A stretch of DNA of 62,809 nt, counting the filler. It is 3 parts of 3 records of this genome, joined end to end, with 100 filler letters (N's around TTAATTAATTAA, not from the genome) between each part and the next. Parts side by side here need not be neighbours in the genome. Positions count along the whole stretch, not along the records: positions 1 to 31,852 come from SRR20825019_1153; positions 31,953 to 57,321 come from SRR20825019_1154; 1 more part is not named here. The stretch is one strand, 5' to 3'. Shown one piece after another: positions 29,177 to 38,768 of the stretch. The position numbers and the translations under genes are program-made. Every line of letters begins with the position of its first letter. The first letter of the stretch is position 1. Below the pieces are notes generated by a model. It saw nothing but the letters and a program-made list of their open reading frames with translations. It searched no databases and had not been told where the DNA came from.

Positions 29177-30172
29177 TCAGTCGTGTTCGACCTTGAGCAT
29201 GATTTTCCCGATATGTGCGTTCTCTTCCATCGCGGCATGCGCCTTGGCTGCGTCCCGCAGATCGAACGTGGCAGCAATCGTCGGTCGCACCTTGCTGCCC
29301 AGCAAGGGCAGGACATCCCGCCGAAGGTCCTCGGCGACCGCGGCCTTGCGGTCGAGCGGAAGCGGACGCAGCAGCGACCCGGTAATACATAGCCGTTTGG
29401 CCATGATATCACGCAGCGGGATCGCCAGATCTGCACCGCCCCCACCGGACAGGTGCGCAATCTGGCCGTCGGGGGCCATCATCTGGATATCCTGTTTCAG
29501 ATGCGACCCGGCGGAGACGTCGAGCAGGGATGAAATCCCCTGTCCCCCGGTCGCCTCCATCACCTTGGCGGCGAGATCTTCGTCGCGGTACGAAAATGCG
29601 TCATGAGCCCCAAAGGCCTTTGCCGCGGCGACCTTGGTTTCGGTCCCAGCGGTTGCGATGACGCGATAGCCAAGGGCCGACATCGCCTGCAGCGCGATGT
29701 GGCCGACGCCGCTGGTCCCGCCGTGGATCAGGGCAAAGCTGTCTTTCCTGCATGTCATGAGGTGGAAGAAATTCCACCATGTCGTGAACGCAGCCTCGGG
29801 AAAACCTGCCGCTTCGATATCCGAGAGCGTATCTGGCGCGGGCAGGACCAGTTGCTGGTTGGCCACCACATACTGACCATAGCCGCCTCCCTGAACCAGT
29901 GCCATGACACGCTCTCCGATCCGGCCCTGATCGACGCCGGCTCCGACCGCGACGATCGTACCGCAGACTTCAAGCCCCGGCACCGCGGTGCCGTCGCTGT
30001 GCCGGCCCCCCACCCGCTGGTGGACGTCATGCCGGTTGATGCCCGCAGCGCTCACCCGGATCAGCATCTGGCCGCAACCCGGCTGTGGAACCTCGACCGT
30101 TTTCGGTTCCAAGACGTCGGGGCCTCCAGCCTTGGTAATGACAATCGCGGTTTGGGTTTCAGGTATGGGCAT
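29177..30172 (-). CDS. NAD(P)H:quinone oxidoreductase (PIG3-like MDR)
   Basis: GGPDVL, AGINRHD, PGLEVCG, HGGTSGVG, HIGKIML; start MPIPETQ. Confidence 0.9.
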   Translation of the reverse strand: MPIPETQTAIVITKAGGPDVLEPKTVEVPQPGCGQMLIRVSAAGINRHDVHQRVGGRHSDGTAVPGLEVCGTIVAVGAGVDQGRIGERVMALVQGGGYGQYVVANQQLVLPAPDTLSDIEAAGFPEAAFTTWWNFFHLMTCRKDSFALIHGGTSGVGHIALQAMSALGYRVIATAGTETKVAAAKAFGAHDAFSYRDEDLAAKVMEATGGQGISSLLDVSAGSHLKQDIQMMAPDGQIAHLSGGGGADLAIPLRDIMAKRLCITGSLLRPLPLDRKAAVAEDLRRDVLPLLGSKVRPTIAATFDLRDAAKAHAAMEENAHIGKIMLKVEHD

Positions 30173-30284
30173 CGCCTTGGAGGTCCTCGTGTTGATCATG
30201 CAAAGACGGTCGCATCGGACCGTGAAACGGCGCGCGCGAGGGCGTCGCGCAGGTCACCAAATGTGCCTGCTCAGCGCGCCGCGA

Positions 30285-31265
30285 TCATTCGCTGTGAATG
30301 ACGCGATCCAGCCAGGCGCAATTCGGTTGGGGATTGGGTGCGCGGAAGCCAGTGCGGGCAGTCTCGTGGCGCATTTCCCGCATCCTTTTGCGCACCGCGT
30401 CATCCTCTGGAAGATACAGGCGTTCATGCCCCCAGGTTGACGGGCCTTCGGTTGTCTCGAACGGTTGCCAGGTGTCCGGATCGACGATCTGCGCGCCCCA
30501 TCCGTATTCAACGAAAAACTTCGAAGGGGTATTGGTGTAAAAGCTCATCATGTGATCGTTCGAGTGCCGCCCCAGTGAATAGGCGACCCCTTCGTCGCGC
30601 TCCTGTGCGATGTCATACCCCTGTCCGACATCGTCCAAGGACAGCAGTTCGACCATGAAGTGATGGATGCCCTTGCGGCCCGATCCCACCATGGCAAAGC
30701 TGTGGTGCCGCCCGTTCACGTGGAAGAAGTAGAGAGGGTAGGGTGTCAGCCCATAATCGGTGACCTTAAAGCCCAGAATGTCCCGGTAGAAATGCAGGAT
30801 GCCTTGAACGTTTTCAACATGCAGGACCGCGTGGCCCATGCCCAGCGAACCTGTCTTGAAACCGGAAATCGGTCGCCCGGACAGGAACGGGTCGCTGGCG
30901 ATTTCAGGCCCGCTGAAGGCTTCGAGCCGGTTGCCGTCCGGATCACAGAAAGAGATCAGCCGGGCGACATGGCGCTGATCGGCGAGAGACGCGCCATGCC
31001 AGGTGACATTGACACCGTGGTTCTCCAATCGCGACGCCAAGGCATCGAGATCGTCGGGCGTGTCCACTTCCCATCCCATAAAGGCCAGGTCCTCTTCGCC
31101 CTCGCCTGTGACAATCAGCCGTTGCTTTCGGTCGTCCATGCGGAACAGTCCGGAGTTTCCACCTGTGTCGACCTTCTGCATTCCCAGCATATTGGTGGCG
31201 AAATCGTCCCAATCGTTCAGTTTTTTTGAGCTGATTCCGATATAGCCGAGCGATGTGATTGACAT
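30285..31265 (-). CDS. Type I extradiol ring-cleavage dioxygenase (BphC-like, VOC fold)
   Basis: MSITSLGYIG after GAGAGGAG; GMGHAVL, RHHS, HHFMVE, LGRHSND, SFY.TPS.F.VEYG. Confidence 0.93.
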   Translation of the reverse strand: MSITSLGYIGISSKKLNDWDDFATNMLGMQKVDTGGNSGLFRMDDRKQRLIVTGEGEEDLAFMGWEVDTPDDLDALASRLENHGVNVTWHGASLADQRHVARLISFCDPDGNRLEAFSGPEIASDPFLSGRPISGFKTGSLGMGHAVLHVENVQGILHFYRDILGFKVTDYGLTPYPLYFFHVNGRHHSFAMVGSGRKGIHHFMVELLSLDDVGQGYDIAQERDEGVAYSLGRHSNDHMMSFYTNTPSKFFVEYGWGAQIVDPDTWQPFETTEGPSTWGHERLYLPEDDAVRKRMREMRHETARTGFRAPNPQPNCAWLDRVIHSE

Positions 31266-31413
31266 GGGTGTGCTCCTCTCAAGCTGGTGTGTCGGCCCCG
31301 ATCTGCTGCTTCGCTTTGCCAACCTGACCAAGGCGGCCCACGCAGGTAACCGCTACACAGTTGCCCGAATATCTAACGTCGCTCGCCGCTCCGCGCTTTT
31401 GCAAACTCATTCC

Positions 31414-31430
31414 TGTTCACCTGTCGAACA
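31414..31430. promoter_or_regulatory. Palindromic operator copy 5 (upstream of dioxygenase)
   Basis: ccTGTTC-ACCTGTC-GAACAgg. Confidence 0.6.
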
Positions 31431-31575
31431 GGCTGCACTATATGCCTCTCGGCGCTGCCTGCCCGGCTGAGATCGGGAGCGGTGATTTCCGTACAGAAAG
31501 CTGAAGATGTCGTACAACTTTGACGCTGATCGGCGTGACCGGACAGCAGATCGCAGCTCACGCCGGTGTCCGGTT

Positions 31576-31852
31576 TCAGAAGACAGCCTCAGGCTGGTCG
31601 ACCAACAGTTCCCTGAACACCGCCAGCAACGCGGCGCCCCATTCCGTTTGGCTGAGAGAAAGCGTGTGACCTTGGTCGGCCGCATTGCGAGACAATGTCC
31701 GTATCAGTTGGTCATCGTGCGCAAGCCATTCCAGCATATGGACCAGCCCGTCAAAATGACCGGCAGTGAAACTCATGCCCATTTCCGCCTGTTGAATTGA
31801 TTTGGCCAGCAACATGCTGTCGGGCCTTGTTGCACAAATCGGGGCCTGACCA
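31576..31852 (-). CDS. 3' end of a gene cut by the contig edge, possibly a GT4 glycosyltransferase
   Basis: Frame open to the contig end; GMSFTAGHFDGLVHMLEWLAHDDQLIRTLSRNA resembles a GT-B C-terminal pattern. Confidence 0.4.
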
Positions 31853-31952
31853 NNNNNNNNNNNNNNNNNNNNNNNNNNNNNNNNNNNNNNNNNNNNTTAA
31901 TTAATTAANNNNNNNNNNNNNNNNNNNNNNNNNNNNNNNNNNNNNNNNNNNN
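31853..31952. other. Artificial contig spacer
   Basis: 100 nt of N with a central TTAATTAATTAA (stops in all six frames). Confidence 0.98.
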
Positions 31953-32143
31953 TGGCGACCGGCTTCCACGGCTTCCACGTGATCATCGGCACCACCTTCC
32001 TCGGTGTCTGCTGGTTCCGCGGCCGGGCCGGCCACTTCACGCCGGATCATCATTTCGGCTTCGAGGCGGCAGCCTGGTACTGGCACTTCGTTGACGTGGT
32101 CTGGCTGTTCCTGTTCGTCTGCGTTTACTGGTGGGGCGGCTGA
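31953..32143 (+). CDS. coxC: Cytochrome c oxidase subunit III, C-terminal fragment
   Basis: [12 protein letters not shown]…[29 protein letters not shown]. Confidence 0.96.
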
Positions 32144-32177
32144 CCGTTTCTGAAACGGGCACAGCGGGGGAAATGCC

Positions 32178-32552
32178 GTGAGCACATCCTATTATCCTCC
32201 GCTGTCGCCATTCTCGACCGGGCTTGCCTGCCGCTGTCCGCGATGTGGCAAGGGAAGCCTGTTCGAGGGATTTCTGACGGTCCGGGAAAGTTGCCCGGAC
32301 TGTGGCCTGGATCTGAAAAACGAAGATAGCGGCGACGGCCCGGCCGTTTTCATCATCTTCCTTCTGGGCGGCACCGTGGTGCCCATCGCGCTCTGGATCG
32401 AGACCCTGTTCGCGCCGCCGCTCTGGGTGCATGCCATCCTGTGGAGCGCGGTGGTCCTTGGTGGTACGATCGGCCTGTTGCGGCCCTTGAAAGCGGTCAC
32501 GATCGCTCTGCAATACAAGCACAAGACACCGCATCGCCCGCCGGGTCTCTGA
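32178..32552 (+). CDS. DUF983-family membrane protein
   Basis: CRCPRCGKGSLF, CPDCGLD, DSGDGPA, LRPLKA; usual position after coxC. Confidence 0.88.
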   Translation: MSTSYYPPLSPFSTGLACRCPRCGKGSLFEGFLTVRESCPDCGLDLKNEDSGDGPAVFIIFLLGGTVVPIALWIETLFAPPLWVHAILWSAVVLGGTIGLLRPLKAVTIALQYKHKTPHRPPGL

Positions 32553-32641
32553 CCGGGAGCCAGGGCTGGGCAAACCTTCGTCCGGAGCCTATGGTCCGGC
32601 TTGATCACCGTGCCCCGTTACGCGCGTAGTCTGGAAAAAAC

Positions 32642-33373
32642 ATGTTCGGCAATCGCAGGTTCCGTCCCACATTCTGGGCAACCTTTTTCACGATCATCTC
32701 CGTGATCTTCATGGGCAGCCTCAGCTATTGGCAGCTGGAGCGTCTGGCCTGGAAGAGCAATCTGATCGACCAGTTCGAAAGCCGGGTCGCGGCGGAGCCG
32801 GTCGCGGCTCCGGACAAGATCGATAATATCGAGGACTGGCGATACCGCCGGGTCCGGCTCGAAGGCACCTACCTGCACGACAAGGAATTGCTGATCACCG
32901 GCAAGCCCTATGAAGGCAATGTCGGCTTTCATCTGGTCACACCGATGAAGCTGGTCGATGGCCGTACCGTGCTGGTGAAACGCGGCTGGATAGAACTCAA
33001 GAACCGCAAGCCCGCGGATACCGTCCCGATGCATGTCGAGGGGATCCAGACGGTCGACGGGCTGATCCGGCAGGATCGCCTGAAAGGCTATTTCGTCCCC
33101 GATAACGAGCCGCAGAACGAAGTCTGGCTCTATATCGACACGGCGGAGATGGCGCAGGCCCGGGATCTTGGTCCGGTGCTGCCCTATTTTGTGGACCAGT
33201 TGCGTGAGCCAGGTCCGTTGAAGATGCCAATTGGTGCAGACAGCGAGATCCGTGTCCGGAACGAGCATCTGAGCTATGCCGCGACCTGGGCCTTGCTGGC
33301 GCTGACCCTCATCGTCATCTATGTGATCTATCACATGAAACCCGAGGACGAGACGGAGCCTGACCGTGACTGA
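32642..33373 (+). CDS. surf1: SURF1-family cytochrome oxidase assembly protein
   Basis: WQLERLAWK, VKRGW, NEHLSYAATW. Confidence 0.93.
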   Translation: MFGNRRFRPTFWATFFTIISVIFMGSLSYWQLERLAWKSNLIDQFESRVAAEPVAAPDKIDNIEDWRYRRVRLEGTYLHDKELLITGKPYEGNVGFHLVTPMKLVDGRTVLVKRGWIELKNRKPADTVPMHVEGIQTVDGLIRQDRLKGYFVPDNEPQNEVWLYIDTAEMAQARDLGPVLPYFVDQLREPGPLKMPIGADSEIRVRNEHLSYAATWALLALTLIVIYVIYHMKPEDETEPDRD

Positions 33374-34859
33374 GAACGCTTACGCTGCCCTGGAAAAACG
33401 GTTCAGGCGCTATTCCGCTCTTTCGGGAGCAAGCGGCCTGCTCGGCTGGGACCAGGAAACCATGATGCCGTCCGGCGGCGCGGAAGCGCGGGCCGAACAA
33501 CTGGCGACTCTGGATGTGCTGCAGCATGAATTGCTGTCGGCCCCTGCCGTCTCCGAGGAACTGGCCCGGGCGGAAGCGGACAGCGCTGGTCTGGATCCGA
33601 TGCAGCAGGCGAACCTGCGCGAGATGCGCCGGGTTCATACCAACGAAACAGTAGCGCCGGCGGATCTGGTGGAAGCCCGGTCCCGGGCTGTCTCGGCCTG
33701 TGTCGTCGCCTGGCGCGATGCCCGGGCACAGGATGATTTCTCCGCCGTCTCCGGCAAGCTCGCCACGGTGCTTGAGCTGACCCGGGAATATGGCGCGGTC
33801 AAATCCGAGAAGCTCGGGTGCGGTCTCTACGACGCGCTGATCGACAGCTACGAGCCCGGCGGCACCATGGCCTGGATCGATCCGGTCTTTGCCAGACTGA
33901 AGGCCGAGCTGCCGGGGCTGATGGAGAAAATTCTGGAGCGGCAGGCCGCTGGCCCGGCGCCGCTGAGCCCGGAAGGCCCGTTCCCTGCAACCCTGCAGAA
34001 GCAGCTTGGCGAGCGGGTGATGCGCGCGCTCGGTTTTGATTTCGCGCATGGCCGCCTTGATGAAAGTGCTCATCCCTTCACCGGCGGCATTCCCGACGAT
34101 GTGCGTATCACGACGCGCTATTCCGAGGATGATTTCACCAGTGCCCTGATGGGGGTGATCCATGAGACAGGCCACGCGCTGTATGAGCGCGGCCTGCCGG
34201 TTGAATGGCGCAACCAGCCGGTCGGGTCCTCCCGGGGCATGGTCATGCATGAAAGCCAGTCCCTGCTGATGGAGATGCAGGCTTGTCGCTCGCCTGCTTT
34301 CTACAGGTTCCTCTCTCCGCTTGCCTCGGACGTGCTGGATACGGGTGGTCTCGCCATGACGCCGGAAAACCTGAACAGGATCGGCCATCGTGTGGCGCGC
34401 GGGCTGATCCGCGTCGATGCGGACGAGGTGACCTATCCGCTGCATGTCATGCTGCGGTATGACCTGGAAAAGGCGCTGCTCTCCGGCGATCTGCCGCTGA
34501 AGGATCTGCCCGGCGCCTGGCGTGACGGCCTGAAGGCCTCACTCGGTGTGGCGCCGGAAGACGACCGGGATGGCTGTCTGCAGGATATCCACTGGTATCA
34601 CGGCTCGTTCGGGTATTTCCCGACCTATACGCTGGGCGCTCTTGCCGCCGCACAGCTGTTTAAGGCTGCTCACGACGCTTTGCCGGATCTGGACGAGCGT
34701 ATCGCCGCCGGTGATTTCACGACCCTGCTTGGCTGGCTTGTCGAGAATGTGCATTCGGTCGGCAGCGCGAAATCGACGGACGAGATCATCAGCGCGGCAA
34801 CCGGTGCGCCGCTCTCGGCGGATGCATTCCTGAACCATCTGAACACCCGCTACCTCTGA
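33366..34859 (+). CDS. M32 carboxypeptidase (Taq-like)
   Basis: WDQETMMP, HPF, HETGHALYE, HESQS, IRVDADE, GYFPTY. Confidence 0.95.
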   Translation: MTENAYAALEKRFRRYSALSGASGLLGWDQETMMPSGGAEARAEQLATLDVLQHELLSAPAVSEELARAEADSAGLDPMQQANLREMRRVHTNETVAPADLVEARSRAVSACVVAWRDARAQDDFSAVSGKLATVLELTREYGAVKSEKLGCGLYDALIDSYEPGGTMAWIDPVFARLKAELPGLMEKILERQAAGPAPLSPEGPFPATLQKQLGERVMRALGFDFAHGRLDESAHPFTGGIPDDVRITTRYSEDDFTSALMGVIHETGHALYERGLPVEWRNQPVGSSRGMVMHESQSLLMEMQACRSPAFYRFLSPLASDVLDTGGLAMTPENLNRIGHRVARGLIRVDADEVTYPLHVMLRYDLEKALLSGDLPLKDLPGAWRDGLKASLGVAPEDDRDGCLQDIHWYHGSFGYFPTYTLGALAAAQLFKAAHDALPDLDERIAAGDFTTLLGWLVENVHSVGSAKSTDEIISAATGAPLSADAFLNHLNTRYL

Positions 34860-34885
34860 CCGGCACCTTCGCGCGGGCTGAAGCT

Positions 34886-35143
34886 TTATTCCGCCGGTTG
34901 CTGGCTGAGGTCGCTGTGGTTCTTTTCCATCACGGCATGCCGGGCACCGGCGGACATCCGGTCATGCAGCCGGGCGATGGTCTTGCTGCCGGTCCGGGTG
35001 CAGAGAAACGGGAACAGGCCATGCACCACGCAGGCGAGACCGCCAAGGATCATCGCGCCACCGGTTGAGGTGGCGAATCCGAAATGCTGCCAGTAGCTCT
35101 CGCCGACCGATTGCGGATGGCTGGTGAAGATTTTGAAGATCAT
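34886..35143 (-). CDS. Small conserved protein, DUF6356-like
   Basis: MIFKIFTSHPQSVGESYWQH…VHGLFPFLC..TGS. Confidence 0.75.
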   Translation of the reverse strand: MIFKIFTSHPQSVGESYWQHFGFATSTGGAMILGGLACVVHGLFPFLCTRTGSKTIARLHDRMSAGARHAVMEKNHSDLSQQPAE

Positions 35144-35231
35144 GGCGCGCCCCGGAGTGAATGTGTAAACCGCATTCATTCTGGCCCGGAATCGGGGCAA
35201 AAAGTTTGCTATTTTCCTCAAGTGCAGCCTC

Positions 35232-35256
35232 TATGTTAGAATAATATTCTAACATA
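35232..35256. promoter_or_regulatory. Perfect 25-bp palindrome, candidate Lrp-family operator
   Basis: TATGTTAGAATA-A-TATTCTAACATA. Confidence 0.7.
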
Positions 35257-35271
35257 AGCGGATTATGCGGA

Positions 35272-35739
35272 ATGAAGATCGACGAGACGGACCGGCGCAT
35301 CCTCGCCCTGTTGCAGGAGAATGCCGATCTCTCCGTGGCGGAGATCGGCACCCGTGTCGGCCTCTCCTCGACACCGTGCTGGCGCCGCATCCAGAATCTC
35401 GAAAAGCAGGGCGTGATCCGCAAGAAGGTGGCTCTGCTGGATCGCCGCGCCATTGACGTGCCGCTGACCGTTTTCGTCATGATCCGGACCAGCCAGCATA
35501 ATGACAGCTGGCTGGAGAAGTTCGCCAAGGGGGTTTCCGAGATCCCGGAGGTGCTCGAATTCTACCGCATGAGCGGAACCGTCGATTATCTGTTGCGCAT
35601 CGTGGTACCGAGTGTCGAGACCTATGACGCCGTCTACAAGCGTCTGATCTCGATCGCGGACCTGGCCGAAGTCAGCTCCAGCTTTGCGATGGAAGAGATC
35701 AAGTATACGACGGCACTGCCCCTTGGGTATGCTGGCTGA
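35272..35739 (+). CDS. Lrp/AsnC-family regulator (DecR-like)
   Basis: DRRILALLQ, VGLSSTPCWRRI, EFYRMSG.VDYLLR, SSFAMEEIKYTTALP. Confidence 0.92.
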   Translation: MKIDETDRRILALLQENADLSVAEIGTRVGLSSTPCWRRIQNLEKQGVIRKKVALLDRRAIDVPLTVFVMIRTSQHNDSWLEKFAKGVSEIPEVLEFYRMSGTVDYLLRIVVPSVETYDAVYKRLISIADLAEVSSSFAMEEIKYTTALPLGYAG

Positions 35740-35765
35740 CGAAAGTCATCGCGGAGGGGCTGGTG

Positions 35766-36341
35766 ATGGAAGAGGTCCGGGATGAACCGCATATACCGGT
35801 GCTGGAAACGGAGCGCCTGATCCTTCGGCCGCTTGAGCTCGCCGATGCACCCGCGGTGCAGAAGACCTTCCCGCAGTGGGAGATCGTGAAGCACCTTTCT
35901 AGCGCGTCTATCCCATGGCCATATCCACCGGACGGGGCGGAGACATTCATTCGTGATTTTGCCCTGCCTGCCCAGCGCGCGGGCATCGAGTGGACTTGGT
36001 CATTGCGGCCCAGATCGAAGCCGGAAGAACTGATCGGATTGATCGGTCTCTATGATAAGGCGGAAGCCAATCGCGGTTTCTGGCTGGCGCCCGAATGGCA
36101 GGGCAAAGACCTGATGTCGGAGGCTGTCGAGGTGGTGACGAATTTCTGGTTCGTCAACCTCGGGCGTTCGCTCATGCGCATTCCAAAGGCGGCGCCGAAC
36201 CTCGCGTCCCGCCGGATCTCGGAGAAGACCGGCATGCGCCTCGTTGAGACGGGCGAGAAAGACTATGTCTGCGGGCGATTACCGACGGAGGTTTGGGAAA
36301 TCACGCGCGAGGAATGGCTGGCGCGAAAGGCCGCGCGTTAG
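35766..36341 (+). CDS. GNAT acetyltransferase (RimJ/RimL-like)
   Basis: LETERLILRP, RGFWLAPEWQGK, NLASRRISEKTGM. Confidence 0.88.
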   Translation: MEEVRDEPHIPVLETERLILRPLELADAPAVQKTFPQWEIVKHLSSASIPWPYPPDGAETFIRDFALPAQRAGIEWTWSLRPRSKPEELIGLIGLYDKAEANRGFWLAPEWQGKDLMSEAVEVVTNFWFVNLGRSLMRIPKAAPNLASRRISEKTGMRLVETGEKDYVCGRLPTEVWEITREEWLARKAAR

Positions 36342-37234
36342 GCACGCCGCTCCCTGAGCGCATCCGCAAGCCGTGTGACAAGGTCATCCAGTGTAGTCCC
36401 CATGGTTCGGTTCTCGACCACCTCCTTGCCGAGCGGCGTACTTTCGACGAAGCGGTAGACATCAGCCACACCCTCGAAGGTTTTCGGCGTCAGGCCCGCA
36501 TCACCGTAGGTCTTGGCAATCTCCTCCATCTCGCCGACCCAGCGATAGGCTTTCGGCGGCATGCCGGGGAGGCTGCCGGTCAGGCTTCTCAGAAGATTTG
36601 CCTGTGCCCCTTCCAGTTCCGCCCGGAAGGCCGGGGCGACCCCTTCCAATTCTGCCGTGACGAAACTCTGGATGGCGAGCGCCTGCACGCCCTTAGTCAG
36701 GGTGGCGAAACACATCTTCAGGGCGGAGGCGCCGCCGATCTCATCGCCGAGCGGGCGGATGTCGAGGGCGGGGCTCAGGGCTGAGAAGGCATCCGCGCCG
36801 GGACCGCTCAGATAGATGCGCGGGCTTGGCCGTCCCGGATAGGGCGGGCCACCGATGATGCCGCCATCGAGGAAGCCGATACCGGCGGCTTCCGCTGTCG
36901 CTTGAAGCTGCCGCGCCGTGGAGGGCGCGACGGCGTTGAGATCGGCGATCAGTGCTTTCGGTTTGCTGCCGAGCGCATTTGCCGCCGCTGCCATGCGGGT
37001 GACGAAGCCCGCCGCCTGATCCGGCGGCATGATGGAGAAGATGACGTCGCAGTCGGTGAGCAGCGCCGCGTCGGAGCCGAGATCCTCGATGCCTGCTTTC
37101 TCCGCCAGCGCGCGGCTGCGTTCCGAGCGGCCTTCGAGGTTGGTGACGACCCGGATTCCTGCTTCACGAAGCCGCCCGCCGATGGCATGACCCATGTCCC
37201 CGGGCGTCATGATTCCGATGGTTTTGATGGTCAT
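36338..37234 (-). CDS. NAD(P)-dependent oxidoreductase (6PGD-like, DUF1932 C-terminus)
   Basis: IGIMTPGDMG, DGGIIGGPP, ASALKMC, KAYRWVGEMEEI. Confidence 0.85.
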   Translation of the reverse strand: MTIKTIGIMTPGDMGHAIGGRLREAGIRVVTNLEGRSERSRALAEKAGIEDLGSDAALLTDCDVIFSIMPPDQAAGFVTRMAAAANALGSKPKALIADLNAVAPSTARQLQATAEAAGIGFLDGGIIGGPPYPGRPSPRIYLSGPGADAFSALSPALDIRPLGDEIGGASALKMCFATLTKGVQALAIQSFVTAELEGVAPAFRAELEGAQANLLRSLTGSLPGMPPKAYRWVGEMEEIAKTYGDAGLTPKTFEGVADVYRFVESTPLGKEVVENRTMGTTLDDLVTRLADALRERRA

Positions 37235-37343
37235 GCAGAGCGTCCCGGTTTGCGTCATTTCCTGACAGAGCCGGTATTGTTGCAAGAACCCAGCGCCACC
37301 GCTAGGTTGCGTCCTTTCGAACGGCGAAAAAGAGACGGCGGAC

Positions 37344-38768
37344 GTGCGCTATATCAGCACCCGGGGCAAGGCCCCTGAACTCGGTTTCGAAGACGTACTC
37401 CTGACGGGCCTCGCCCGCGATGGCGGACTCTATGTCCCGAAGACATGGCCGACCCTGACCCCGGCGGATCTGAAACGGCTCGCCGGGCTGTCCTATGCCG
37501 AGACCGCGTTCGAGGTTTGCCGCCTGTTCACCGGCGATGCGTTCGATGATGCGACGCTGAAAGGCATCATGGACGAGGTCTATGGCAGCTTCGAGCACAG
37601 CGCCGTGGCGCCGCTGAAGCAGCTGGACGGCAATCTCTGGATGATGGAGCTGTTCCACGGCCCGACGCTGGCCTTCAAGGACTATGCGATGCAGGTCCTT
37701 GGCCGGATGTTCGATCATGTGCTGACCAAGCGCGGCGAGAAGGTGACCATCGTTGGCGCCACCTCGGGCGATACCGGCTCGGCCGCCATCGAGGCGTTCC
37801 GCGACAGCGCTAATGCCGAGATCTTCATCTTCTTCCCGAAAGGCCGGGTCTCCCCGGTGCAGCAGCACCAGATGACGACGGTCGATGCGCCGAATGTCCA
37901 TGCCATCGCGCTGGAAGGCACCTTCGACGATTGCCAGGACATGGTGAAGGCGCTGTTCAACGACATCGCCTTCCGGGATGAGCACAATCTGTCCGGTGTG
38001 AACTCGATCAACTGGGCCCGCATCCTGCCGCAGGTGGTCTATTACGTGACGTCGGCGCTGAGCATCGGCGCCACCGCGGAGCGGCCGGTCTCCTTCGTCG
38101 TGCCGACCGGGAATTTCGGCAATATCTTCGCCGCCTATGCCGCCAAGCAGATGGGGCTGCCGATCGACCGCATGGTGGTGGCGACGAACCAGAACGACAT
38201 TCTGTCCCGCTTTCTCGCTTCCGGTGAGATGAAGCTCGAAGGCGTGCAGCCCTCGATCAGCCCGAGCATGGATATCCAGGTCTCCAGTAATTTCGAGCGC
38301 TATCTGTTCGACCTGTTCGACCGGGACGGCACCGCCGTGACCGAGGCCCTTTCCAGCTTCCGCGAGACCGGCCATTTCTCGGTCTCCCAGGGCATGCTGG
38401 ATCGCGCCCGGGCCGAATTCGACGGCTTCCGCACCGATGAGGACGGCACCAAGGCGACCATCAAGGCGGTCTATGAGGAGACGGGCGAGATCACCGATCC
38501 GCATTCCGCCGTCTCCCTGGGCGCGGCCCGCCAGGCCCGCGAAAGCGGTGCCATCGGAACCGATATGCCGATGATCTCGCTTGCCTGTGCCCACCCGGCG
38601 AAATTCCCCGATGCTGTCGAGTCCGCCATCGGTTTGCGTCCGGCGCTGCCGCCACGGCTGGCAGACCTGCTGGAGCGGGAAGAGCGTATGACCGTGCTCG
38701 CCAATGACTACGGGACTGTCAGCACCCATATAGCAGGCATCGTCAAGACCAAGGAGAACGCTGCATGA
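37344..38768 (+). CDS. thrC: Threonine synthase
   Basis: RYISTRG, ELFHGPTLAFKD, ATSGDTGS, VNSINWAR, AHPAKF. Confidence 0.97.
   Translation: MRYISTRGKAPELGFEDVLLTGLARDGGLYVPKTWPTLTPADLKRLAGLSYAETAFEVCRLFTGDAFDDATLKGIMDEVYGSFEHSAVAPLKQLDGNLWMMELFHGPTLAFKDYAMQVLGRMFDHVLTKRGEKVTIVGATSGDTGSAAIEAFRDSANAEIFIFFPKGRVSPVQQHQMTTVDAPNVHAIALEGTFDDCQDMVKALFNDIAFRDEHNLSGVNSINWARILPQVVYYVTSALSIGATAERPVSFVVPTGNFGNIFAAYAAKQMGLPIDRMVVATNQNDILSRFLASGEMKLEGVQPSISPSMDIQVSSNFERYLFDLFDRDGTAVTEALSSFRETGHFSVSQGMLDRARAEFDGFRTDEDGTKATIKAVYEETGEITDPHSAVSLGAARQARESGAIGTDMPMISLACAHPAKFPDAVESAIGLRPALPPRLADLLEREERMTVLANDYGTVSTHIAGIVKTKENAA

Noticed and set aside
31897-31908. TTAATTAATTAA repeat within N-runs (also 57366-57377)
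   Set aside because: Synthetic six-frame-stop linker, not biological.
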